Positions 1 through 7,092 of a stretch of DNA of 51,294 nucleotides are shown piece after piece; position 1 is the first letter of the stretch, and each line of letters starts with the position of its first letter. The notes beneath the pieces were generated by a model, which had not been told where the DNA came from, did not search any database, and saw nothing but the letters and a program-made list of their open reading frames with translations. The translations under genes and the position numbers were made by a program. The stretch is taken from the IMG/VR virus record IMGVR_UViG_3300035670_000302, positions 1-51,294 of that record; one strand, written 5' to 3'. This stretch comes from a virus. Taxonomy: Duplodnaviria > Caudoviricetes.

Positions 1-38
1 ATCAGGTACCCCTGCCGGTCTACGGCCTAGTACCAAAG

Positions 39-66
39 AGTATACACACGGTCAAGATATTTGCAA
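39..66 (-). promoter_or_regulatory. Candidate sigma70-type promoter pointing off the left edge (towards the portal if the genome is circular)
   Basis: Minus strand TTGCAA (66-61), N16, TATACT (44-39), just downstream of the terminase terminator. Confidence 0.35.
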
Positions 67-111
67 AAGCAAATAGAAACACCCCTGAACTAACGGCTTA
101 GAGCAGGGGTG
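66..111 (-). terminator. Rho-independent terminator after the large terminase
   Basis: CACCCCTG/CAGGGGTG outer stem and CTAA/TTAG inner stem (80-111), followed on the minus strand by TTTCTATTTGCTTTT. Confidence 0.65.
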
Positions 112-166
112 CCGACGAGATACACTGTGGAGGTGTAGCGCCGTCAAGTATACTGGATGTTGACTA

Positions 167-2434
167 CTATGTCCAACCTGCGGCGTGGACCCGCTTCACT
201 TCACGCTTGGCGGCAGTCACCGCCCCAACTGGGCTATCCACATGCAACATTAGGTACTGGAGTGCCTCGGCGACGTGCGAGTGCTTGTTCTTGTCGATCA
301 CGTTGTCCTGCTTCTGCTTGTAGCGATAACCCCCCATCATCGCGGCCTTGAGCCGCGTACACCGGGGGTCCACGACGAACGCCGGGTCGCCATCGACCTG
401 CCTCATAAGGTACTCGTCAACCGCGTTCACACGCGCAGAGATATTATTAGTCTTGGCAGGGATGACCCTGAGATTCTCAGCCTTGATGATGTCCACGGCA
501 CTGCGCTCGTCCGTCTGCGCCCTCTGCACCCCCGCCGGGTCGACCACGACGAGTATGGGAGACCCCGCGAACCGCTCATATAGTAGTGGCTTCAACTCCG
601 TCCGGATGAACCGCTGTATGCCCATGTCAAACGAGACCCTCTCGTCCAGTATCAGCACCCGCCCACGGGCGTCCTGCTGACCAATAATTGCCGCAGGTGT
701 CAACCCGAGGTCCATCCCCACGATGATGGGCCGAGCGCCGTTGGCGATGGGTCGTAGCGGGCCGGAGGCCATGTGGTAGTCCGGCCGGAAGTACTTGTAC
801 ACCGGCGTCCCCGCCAGCGACAGGCCGTACTCACCATCTATATAGACGCGGATGTACTCGTCACTGCGCCCTTGGATGTCGTAGTACCCCTCGGGCAGGT
901 TCTCTATGTTCTCGGCGTAGGCACTGCGCCCCGAGGGCTGTTTGTACACCGCCCACCCGTTGTTGTTAGGCGAGACGCCATCCTTGGGATCAAGCCCCTC
1001 CATTTGGAAGTACCACCAAGTGTCCATCGTGGGCGGGTTAGTGTCACCCCACATGCCAAACCACGTCGGCCCGCCATCCTTCGACGACGGATAACGACCA
1101 ATACGTTTTGACATGGCATCCACGATGTCCGGGTGGATGTCCCTGCACTCGTTGAACCACGCACCGGTCAACTCCAGCGAGTTGAGGTTAGCCACATCGT
1201 CCGCGTCGTCCAGTGCGCGGAACATAATCTCAGCCTCGACATCCCCGACCTTGAAGAAATAAGTCTTCGTCGTCCGCATGTACTCGCCACACTGCCCCGG
1301 CGGGAACCAATCCAGAAATGTCTTTATGGTGGTGTCCTGTAACTGGCGCACGGTCTCTCTGACCACCGCCCACCGCGACTTACGCACCCCTCGCGGGTTA
1401 GGGTTCTGCATACTCGCCCGACGAATCAACTCAAAACAACAAGTCACGCTCTTACCACTGTTGTGGTGGATAGTCCCGTCGGCAGTCACATAGTTGTTGG
1501 TATCGAGGACCTGCAAATCCCAATACGACCGCTTGCGCGCCTCCCGCTCAATTGATACTATGGGCCTGTCGGATACGGAGGTTAAGTAGAATGACTCATC
1601 ATAAATCTCAGAACACTCAGCGGATCGTGGCGCTTGCGGATGGCACTCTGTCCTCCACGCAGATCGCGCAGTCCGTTGGGCTGTCCCCTCGCTATGTGCG
1701 GAAAGTAATGCTCCGGCTGGACTTGCCCCGGCTAACAGAGGGTGCGCAACCGGGGAAACAAAACCACCAATACCAGTCAGGACGCCGGATAGACCAAGAC
1801 GGGTATGTGCTTGTAACCGCTCCCAAAGACCACCCGTACGCAAGACTTCGGACGCACCGGGATACCAAGTTGATGTTTGAGCATCGACTTGTTCTTGAAC
1901 AAACTCTAGGTCGATACCTTCTTCCTGAAGAAGTTGTAGACCATATCGACGGGCTGACGCTGCATAACGCGCCAGAGAACCTCCGGCTGTTCGCCTCGAA
2001 CGCCGATCATCTTTCTGCGACAAAAGCAGGCTGTGGGCCAAGGTTGTCAGCGGCTGGGAGCCGGAATACTGGGATACGGACTGACCTTGGGAAAGAGATC
2101 GAACGTGTCGATATGCACGCGACCCGTCGTAAACGAGGTGATGTTCGTTTGCGGCAAATTCTCCTTGCGGCGTTGTCACTCGGTATAGATAGTCCGTACC
2201 TTTCGGGAAGCTCCCCCCACACCAAGAAAGCTGGAATCGACATGACGTCTCGTTCCACGATAGAACGCGCATTGGCCGATCTATACGCGCGATGGGAAGC
2301 AGGCCATACTCAGTAACCACGAGGGTTTCGGGCGCTAAGCACCCTACAGGCCCCATGAGAACCCGCATTTTGCGGTTGTCCTGCATGAATTTCGCCCCTG
2401 TCGGGGGCGGCGTGTAGTCAATTGACAGCGACAT
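167..2434 (-). CDS. terL: Terminase large subunit, intein-containing (755-aa precursor, about 461 aa after splicing)
   Basis: Walker A GPVG|SGKS split by an insertion, Walker B GAWFNE, coupling motif DTNPP, RNaseH-like nuclease VGMDLG...VDPAG...SHVAEALQY; lies downstream of the small terminase. Confidence 0.95.
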   Translation of the reverse strand: MSLSIDYTPPPTGAKFMQDNRKMRVLMGPVGCLAPETLVVTEYGLLPIARIDRPMRVLSWNETSCRFQLSWCGGSFPKGTDYLYRVTTPQGEFAANEHHLVYDGSRAYRHVRSLSQGQSVSQYSGSQPLTTLAHSLLLSQKDDRRSRRTAGGSLARYAASARRYGLQLLQEEGIDLEFVQEQVDAQTSTWYPGASEVLRTGGLWERLQAHTRLGLSGVLTGIGGFVSPVAHPLLAGASPAGALLSAHSEGTAQRTARSAWRTECHPQAPRSAECSEIYDESFYLTSVSDRPIVSIEREARKRSYWDLQVLDTNNYVTADGTIHHNSGKSVTCCFELIRRASMQNPNPRGVRKSRWAVVRETVRQLQDTTIKTFLDWFPPGQCGEYMRTTKTYFFKVGDVEAEIMFRALDDADDVANLNSLELTGAWFNECRDIHPDIVDAMSKRIGRYPSSKDGGPTWFGMWGDTNPPTMDTWWYFQMEGLDPKDGVSPNNNGWAVYKQPSGRSAYAENIENLPEGYYDIQGRSDEYIRVYIDGEYGLSLAGTPVYKYFRPDYHMASGPLRPIANGARPIIVGMDLGLTPAAIIGQQDARGRVLILDERVSFDMGIQRFIRTELKPLLYERFAGSPILVVVDPAGVQRAQTDERSAVDIIKAENLRVIPAKTNNISARVNAVDEYLMRQVDGDPAFVVDPRCTRLKAAMMGGYRYKQKQDNVIDKNKHSHVAEALQYLMLHVDSPVGAVTAAKREVKRVHAAGWT
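1533..1581 (+). promoter_or_regulatory. Candidate promoter and Shine-Dalgarno for the antisense HNH gene
   Basis: TTGCGC (1533-38), N17, TACTAT (1556-61) preceded by TGn (extended -10); GGAGG at 1577-81, 9 nt before ATG 1591. Confidence 0.6.
1591..2316 (+). CDS. HNH homing endonuclease with N-terminal HTH, encoded antisense inside the intein
   Basis: HTH-like SSTQIAQSVGLSPRYVRKVM, then DGYVLV...HPYA...EHRLVLEQTLGRYLLPEEVVDHIDGLTLHNAPENLRLF (phage HNH_3-type motif); good SD before ATG 1591. Confidence 0.88.
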   Translation: MTHHKSQNTQRIVALADGTLSSTQIAQSVGLSPRYVRKVMLRLDLPRLTEGAQPGKQNHQYQSGRRIDQDGYVLVTAPKDHPYARLRTHRDTKLMFEHRLVLEQTLGRYLLPEEVVDHIDGLTLHNAPENLRLFASNADHLSATKAGCGPRLSAAGSRNTGIRTDLGKEIERVDMHATRRKRGDVRLRQILLAALSLGIDSPYLSGSSPHTKKAGIDMTSRSTIERALADLYARWEAGHTQ

Positions 2435-2639
2435 GGGCAGGCACCAGCGGTTCCAGCAACATAACCACGAACTTACGCCCCGAGCGCTTGGTTTTGACGA
2501 TCTTCGTCCTGAAAGAGACGTTGTTTCGCTTCAGAGCGAGGGTGAAATTGTGGTATTCCGCTGAATTATGTAGCTCAGCCGTGGGTAAACCCTCAAAAAC
2601 TGTCGAGAATTTACTCATCAACGCCATCGGAATAGCCAT
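2418..2639 (-). CDS. Hypothetical protein between the terminase subunits
   Basis: 73 aa, SD GAGGTG, overlaps both neighbours in the operon. Confidence 0.7.
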   Translation of the reverse strand: MAIPMALMSKFSTVFEGLPTAELHNSAEYHNFTLALKRNNVSFRTKIVKTKRSGRKFVVMLLEPLVPAHVAVN

Positions 2640-3099
2640 CTGACACCTCTTCGGGGGTATTTTCGTGTTCTATCACCGTCGCTTCGTGGGATTGACCACC
2701 AAGATTGATCGTAATTCGTACACCACCGGCCAATCCAGAGGCATCTACGTCGTTTTTTGGCTCCAACCCACCCCATTTGACCGTCGATTTGATGAGGTCA
2801 GCCTTCACAGCGGGGCTTACAGACGGGTCGTGGATCAATAACCACGATGTTGTCAGGAGTTCTTCGGCTTGGGCGCGGGCTTTGAGACGGAAGGTGACAC
2901 CTTTATCCCTGACTTCTCCACGGTAATGCTCCACTTTCTTCAGAAAGGAAGCGTCCTGCTTGAAAACCAGCAAGTCCGTGACGGAAATGTTGTTCCTCGC
3001 TATGACTTCGTTGACCGTTTCTCCACTGCCCTCAAGAAGTAGGGCAACGTCGAATGCCAAGCGATCTGACCAGCGAGGGCGGGGTGCCATGTAAGTCAT
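2611..3099 (-). CDS. terS: Probable terminase small subunit
   Basis: 162 aa, helical, C-terminal VRITINLG beta-strand, positioned upstream of terL. Confidence 0.65.
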   Translation of the reverse strand: MTYMAPRPRWSDRLAFDVALLLEGSGETVNEVIARNNISVTDLLVFKQDASFLKKVEHYRGEVRDKGVTFRLKARAQAEELLTTSWLLIHDPSVSPAVKADLIKSTVKWGGLEPKNDVDASGLAGGVRITINLGGQSHEATVIEHENTPEEVSDGYSDGVDE

Positions 3100-3134
3100 A
3101 GGGGGAGTGTAGACAATGGGGCGGGTGTTGTCTA
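3100..3134 (-). promoter_or_regulatory. Promoter for the terminase operon overlapped by an inverted repeat
   Basis: TAGACA (3134-29), N17, TACACT (3111-06), 6 nt from ATG 3099; TAGACAA-N11-TTGTCTA dyad at 3110-3134. Confidence 0.6.
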
Positions 3135-3359
3135 GTGGGACTATGGTGCCAGTTTAGTGTGTAGGGGCGGGGATTTTTTGGGGGGCGCGACAAATTGGGT
3201 CTCGGTTGGGGGTGGGTGTAACTTTACACGTTGGTTTTTTGGGTGGTGTCGTGTGTGACTTACCATCATACGGGGGGAGGGGGCACAGCCAGTCCGACTG
3301 CCCCCCTGCAAGCCTAGTGGGGGGATGCTGGCGCAAGCGTTTCAGCCTATAAAACAAGC

Positions 3360-3418
3360 GAAAAAGATGAAAACAGCGTCGAATTAAACTTGACACGGAT
3401 GTCAGGTTATGGGAATCT
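3360..3418 (+). promoter_or_regulatory. Early promoter candidate
   Basis: A-rich UP-like tract, TTGACA (3390-95), N17, GAATCT preceded by TGn. Confidence 0.5.
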
Positions 3419-3498
3419 AAGGGTGTCGGCGATCACACCTGAATCGCCACGCAAACGAAGGACTACCTTCGGCGCGGATGGGACGACCATACGCAAAG

Positions 3499-3509
3499 GC
3501 TCTTTAACA
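3499..3509 (+). promoter_or_regulatory. boxA antitermination element
   Basis: GCTCTTTAACA matches the rrn/lambdoid boxA consensus (T)GCTCTTTAACA and lies in an untranslated leader after a promoter. Confidence 0.65.
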
Positions 3510-3595
3510 GTTCGGACAACAGGCGCGTCTGCATCCAGTGTAAGCGTGTGGACGTGACCTGAAACCTGCAATCCACAATGTAGAAGGACAGTGTT

Positions 3596-3922
3596 ATGTC
3601 ACGCGTATTCAACGGTAGCGTTTCGATCACCACTAAAGTCACCAAGGCAGGAGTCAAGGTTCTCACCTTGAAGCCTGACCAGAATGGCAAGTGGAACAGC
3701 GACAACGTCGGAGAGTGCCTCAAGAAAGTGATGGAGTTGCACAAGTCGGAGGGGTTGCCCCTCGATGAGTGGATGTTGTTTAGCCCGAAGCTCGCCAAGG
3801 GCGAAAAGGCATCGCCGGTACTCCTCGCTCGCAAGCGCTTCGGCACCCCGTATATCGCGCTGCTCGCAGCGCAGAAAACGGCGGTAGCCGCTAAGGTCGA
3901 GACCAAGCCACAAGTGTGGTGA
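3596..3922 (+). CDS. Hypothetical basic early protein
   Basis: 108 aa, SD AAGGA, first gene after the boxA leader. Confidence 0.8.
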   Translation: MSRVFNGSVSITTKVTKAGVKVLTLKPDQNGKWNSDNVGECLKKVMELHKSEGLPLDEWMLFSPKLAKGEKASPVLLARKRFGTPYIALLAAQKTAVAAKVETKPQVW

Positions 3923-3930
3923 CACAAACC

Positions 3931-3955
3931 GGCCCCAAGGATGGGGCCACCTTTT
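3931..3955 (+). terminator. Possible weak terminator or stabilising hairpin
   Basis: GGCCCCA-AGGA-TGGGGCC followed by ACCTTTT. Confidence 0.35.
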
Positions 3956-3966
3956 AGGAGAATGAA

Positions 3967-4062
3967 ATGAAGATGGCAAGCTGGAAAAATGAAAAGGTCT
4001 CACGCTGGCACGACTTCTGCTTCTGGGCAGTCGTCATACTGATCTGCGTCAAGTGGGACTGA
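3967..4062 (+). CDS. Small hydrophobic peptide (31 aa, not in ORF track)
   Basis: AGGAG SD 6 nt upstream; MKMASWKNEKVSRWHDFCFWAVVILICVKWD. Confidence 0.6.
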   Translation: MKMASWKNEKVSRWHDFCFWAVVILICVKWD

Positions 4063-4110
4063 TCGAATGGGGTGGCGCAAGCCGCCCCAACCTTAATGAA
4101 GGAGATTGAT

Positions 4111-4347
4111 ATGAGTCTGTTAACAGATCAAGGGCAGTCCCTTGTGGACGCCCACGGCGGCTACGTCGCCGCTATCACGGCCCTGCGTCAGCAGGGCTAC
4201 ACCGTGGCTGATGGTCTCGCCGTAGATGGTGGTGTGCGCCTAGCGAAACGTGGCGGTGGTTACCAAACCGCTGTCCACTGCACCAACGACGTAATCGCGC
4301 TGGTGCGGGGTTGCCCCGCCAGCCACGCAGTCGTGGCATATAAGTGA
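4111..4347 (+). CDS. Hypothetical protein
   Basis: AAGGAG SD before ATG 4111; ends just before a terminator. Confidence 0.75.
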   Translation: MSLLTDQGQSLVDAHGGYVAAITALRQQGYTVADGLAVDGGVRLAKRGGGYQTAVHCTNDVIALVRGCPASHAVVAYK

Positions 4348-4352
4348 CCAAA

Positions 4353-4378
4353 GCCCCGCCGAAAGGCGGGGTTTTTTT
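4353..4378 (+). terminator. Rho-independent terminator
   Basis: GCCCCGCC-GAAA-GGCGGGG followed by 7 T. Confidence 0.9.
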
Positions 4379-4384
4379 GTGCCT

Positions 4385-5200
4385 GAAACTTGACAACTTT
4401 ACACGTCAGGGCTGGCCGATCTAGGCCTGTAACTTGACAACTTGACACGGGGTTAGCTATCTAGCAGGTGAACCCTTCACCCATACGTCGGGGGGATGTA
4501 GGGCGCTACTTTACACAGGTACAGTACAGTAGGTACCGAACACCGAGTATGTAGTATATACTTGACATGTCAAGTTGTCAAGTTAGCGTGTATAGTTATG
4601 ATAACTTGACACGTCATGTCAAGTTAGACGTGTAAAGTTATGGTGTAAAGTTAGCATAACTTGACACGTAGTGTCAAGTTAGACGTGTAAAGTTAATAAC
4701 TTGACGTGTAAAGTTACCTACAACTATCTACGATTTTGGCCAACTATCTACAAATCTAGGCGAAAAACAGCCCCAAAAGCCATGGGTGCTAACTTTACAA
4801 CTTGACATGACCAAAGCCTTGATCCACAAGGATTTTCTTTCTTACTATACATATTTACTATCTAAACTATCTAAAGTATCTATGATTTTTTCCTACCCTT
4901 TCGCGTAGGAAATTTTTTTTTAAGCCGCTACAACTCTAGGACGATCGTATCATTTTCCAACAGATAGATACCTAAACCACCTACCTCTTCCGTAACCCCT
5001 TGATTTTACTACACTTAGCCTTCCCAAAATGTAAAGTTATCCCCAAACTATACACGCCAAAATCTAGATAGCACAGATAGTTCCGCGCCCTCCCTTCTCG
5101 CTAAGTCCTTGTTTTCTGGATATATTCTGTTCCAGCCGTGTAAAGTTACTCCCCTTTACCTAGTCCCTATTCCCCCCTAACCCCCCAAAACTTGACACGG
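4385..5200. repeat. Non-coding array of about 25 direct and inverted 9-mers (AACTTGACA/AACTTTACA/AACTATACA) plus ACTATCTA repeats; candidate origin or packaging/terminus region
   Basis: Counted by eye; includes a 40-bp direct repeat at 4601-4640 and 4656-4695 (2 mismatches), the palindrome CTTGACATGTCAAG, and an AT-rich stretch at about 4830-4925. Confidence 0.85.
4993..5005. promoter_or_regulatory. IHF-like binding site (near matches also at 4812-4824 and 5102-5114)
   Basis: TAACCCCTTGATT matches YAANNNNTTGATW, the reverse complement of the IHF consensus WATCAANNNNTTR. Confidence 0.5.
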
Positions 5201-5221
5201 CGGCCGGCCCCGTGCCATGCT
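5192..5221 (+). promoter_or_regulatory. Promoter candidate for the main early operon
   Basis: TTGACA (5192-97), N18, CATGCT preceded by TGn; shares AAACTTGACACGG with the 3390 promoter. Confidence 0.5.
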
Positions 5222-5277
5222 GATGGGGTCGAGGCAGTTCGCCCCGACATTCATGAAAATTTTGAGGTAACGACCTT

Positions 5278-5529
5278 ATGAACAAACATATTAAACAATA
5301 CAAAGCCCGTAGCGGTGTAATGATGTTCAAACCTAGTGTCCAACTGATCCAACAGATGGATGACGACATGCAAGGCTTCTGCCTTGCATGTGGAAACGTT
5401 AACGACTCTGTAGAACCCGATGCCCAACGGTATGAGTGTGAGTGCTGTGGTGAAGAGAAAGTATACGGCGCTTCCGAACTCGCCCTGATGGGTCTCTGCT
5501 TCGACGCTGAGGTAACGACCAATGCGTAA
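5278..5529 (+). CDS. Zn-ribbon protein
   Basis: CLAC...CECC pairs; motif-linked SD. Confidence 0.8.
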   Translation: MNKHIKQYKARSGVMMFKPSVQLIQQMDDDMQGFCLACGNVNDSVEPDAQRYECECCGEEKVYGASELALMGLCFDAEVTTNA

Positions 5530-5752
5530 GCATAACTTTACGATTGAAGTAACTGACACCTATGGTGGTGAGGCCAACTACGCTTGGGTCAAGAGACTCA
5601 AGGTGGTGGCCACCACAGCAAGAGGCGCTGTCCGGATGGTATCCAAAGATACCGGCTTCAAGTTCCGTCTGTCTTGGTTCGACGGCGAGACTTGGCGCTA
5701 CGATGCCAAGAACGCTTGTATCTGCCTTTTCATCAACCACGAAACCTTCTGA
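5522..5752 (+). CDS. Hypothetical early protein
   Basis: Motif-linked SD, tight operon packing. Confidence 0.8.
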   Translation: MRKHNFTIEVTDTYGGEANYAWVKRLKVVATTARGAVRMVSKDTGFKFRLSWFDGETWRYDAKNACICLFINHETF

Positions 5753-5763
5753 GGTAACGACCC

Positions 5764-6018
5764 ATGGATAAACAACAGCACCTAGACTACCTCTGTGAGG
5801 CCGCAGAATGGTCTCTCAGAAGCGGAGTAGATGTAACCGTATCACCCCACGGTAGTGTCGAGATCGTCGTCCACAGGACGACTGTGGCCCTGTTGGAAGG
5901 ACATCAGGCCGATGCCTTCCTCGACGAAGCCAAGTTCCTGTGGGAGGAACTGGAAGAAATCGCCCTTGACTGGGTGTATCTAGCCCTTGCAAAACCCTAT
6001 GTGGAGAACTCCATATGA
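5764..6018 (+). CDS. Hypothetical acidic early protein
   Basis: Motif-linked SD. Confidence 0.8.
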   Translation: MDKQQHLDYLCEAAEWSLRSGVDVTVSPHGSVEIVVHRTTVALLEGHQADAFLDEAKFLWEELEEIALDWVYLALAKPYVENSI

Positions 6019-6374
6019 GCAGACTCTGGAAAGTCGAGACCCGTATGCCCCGTATCAACAACAACGAAGCACGGCGGTACGTACAACACCGTTGCTCATT
6101 CAAGGCGAGCAATCTGTTCGCCGAACGCAAGGACATCGGCGGACTGTATGTAGTCTACAGCTATGGTCACCACTGGCCACTGTGGGTCTACGACCCCAAG
6201 GCTGAGGTGTGGTTGGAGAACACCAGCAAGTACGGACAGACGACAACTGTCCACAAGTCCAGAACCAACCCGTATGTCGAGAATGCCATCGGCATGACCA
6301 CTGACGATCTGAAGTTTTTGATCGTCTTGGGTGGTCTGGCAGAGTACACCGCCGTAAGAATGGGGGCCGCATGA
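6015..6374 (+). CDS. Hypothetical phage protein
   Basis: ATGA overlap with upstream gene; YVVYSYGHHWPL...KYGQTTTVH resembles a recurrent phage early-protein motif. Confidence 0.75.
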   Translation: MSRLWKVETRMPRINNNEARRYVQHRCSFKASNLFAERKDIGGLYVVYSYGHHWPLWVYDPKAEVWLENTSKYGQTTTVHKSRTNPYVENAIGMTTDDLKFLIVLGGLAEYTAVRMGAA

Positions 6375-6571
6375 TGTACTTGATACAGTTACCTAATGAC
6401 GCCGTCTCCGTTGGATACCGGCAAACTAAGCCGTTCCACCATGAACAAGTATTTACGTCCAGCCAGCACGGCTTCACTGGCACAGAAGCCGAGTTTGTAC
6501 AGGCTGGCATCGCATATCGGTATATCCAACTGGATAACCATTCCCGTGTAACTAACAGCAACCAGAGGTAA
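6371..6571 (+). CDS. Hypothetical protein
   Basis: ATGA overlap; stop codon falls inside the junction motif. Confidence 0.65.
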   Translation: MMYLIQLPNDAVSVGYRQTKPFHHEQVFTSSQHGFTGTEAEFVQAGIAYRYIQLDNHSRVTNSNQR

Positions 6572-6576
6572 CGACC

Positions 6577-6804
6577 ATGTCCACTCAAGCAGAGCGTAAA
6601 TCGGTGCAATACGCCCGATACAACCGACTGAATACGATACTCTTGGCCGTTGGCCGAGACGTTGAGCGATACCTCGACGACCCAGTGGCGTACCTGTCGG
6701 GGGAGTATTTCCCCGAGGTATTGGAACTAATCCGCGAAGCACAGGAGCTTGGCAAGCTCCTGCGTGAAGACCTGAAAGTAACCAACCAGCCAGCCAAGAG
6801 GTAA
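6577..6804 (+). CDS. Hypothetical protein
   Basis: Motif-linked SD; stop codon falls inside the next motif copy. Confidence 0.8.
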   Translation: MSTQAERKSVQYARYNRLNTILLAVGRDVERYLDDPVAYLSGEYFPEVLELIREAQELGKLLREDLKVTNQPAKR

Positions 6805-6810
6805 CGACCA

Positions 6811-7041
6811 ATGAAATTCCTAGAAGAGACCGAGTACGCCAAGATACCTTGGGGTGACTACATGATCCCCGTGGATATGCTCCCCGAATTTATCCGCCGT
6901 GCCCGTAGGGTACAGACGGACTATGAGAATAACGTCAGTGACGCACAGACCATCGGGGATGTCCGTATTATCCCCATGGAGAACGCGATAGCGTTCAACG
7001 TGGCCAATGCACTGACCCAACCCAAACCTAGCAAGAAGTGA
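6811..7041 (+). CDS. Hypothetical protein
   Basis: Motif-linked SD. Confidence 0.8.
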   Translation: MKFLEETEYAKIPWGDYMIPVDMLPEFIRRARRVQTDYENNVSDAQTIGDVRIIPMENAIAFNVANALTQPKPSKK

Positions 7042-7048
7042 CCAACTT

Positions 7049-7092
7049 CAAGCCCACTCAGTGAGTGGGCTTGTGGATTGTCACTGACAATC
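7049..7092. promoter_or_regulatory. Two adjacent palindromes upstream of the ATPase gene
   Basis: CAAGCCCACTCA-G-TGAGTGGGCTTG (7049-73) and GATTGTCA-C-TGACAATC (7076-92). Confidence 0.6.

Larger units (their letters stand above)
1460..2341 (-). mobile_element. Intein (294 aa) in the terminase Walker A motif
   Basis: Starts CLAPETLV (block A, Cys1), block B-like AANEHHLV, ends YWDLQVLDTNNYVTADGTIHHN followed by Ser(+1); removal restores GPVGSGKS. Confidence 0.95.

Noticed and set aside
1552-1590. TTG start at 1552 for the HNH ORF as given in the track
   Set aside because: It overlaps the predicted -10 box and has no SD; ATG 1591 has GGAGG at suitable spacing
1460-2341. Group I intron or disrupted (pseudogene) terminase
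   Set aside because: The insertion is exactly 882 nt, in frame and stop-free, with intein terminal residues (C…HN/S), so protein splicing explains it
4385-5200. CRISPR array
   Set aside because: Repeats are 9-mers in both orientations with irregular short spacing; there is no repeat-spacer periodicity and no cas operon
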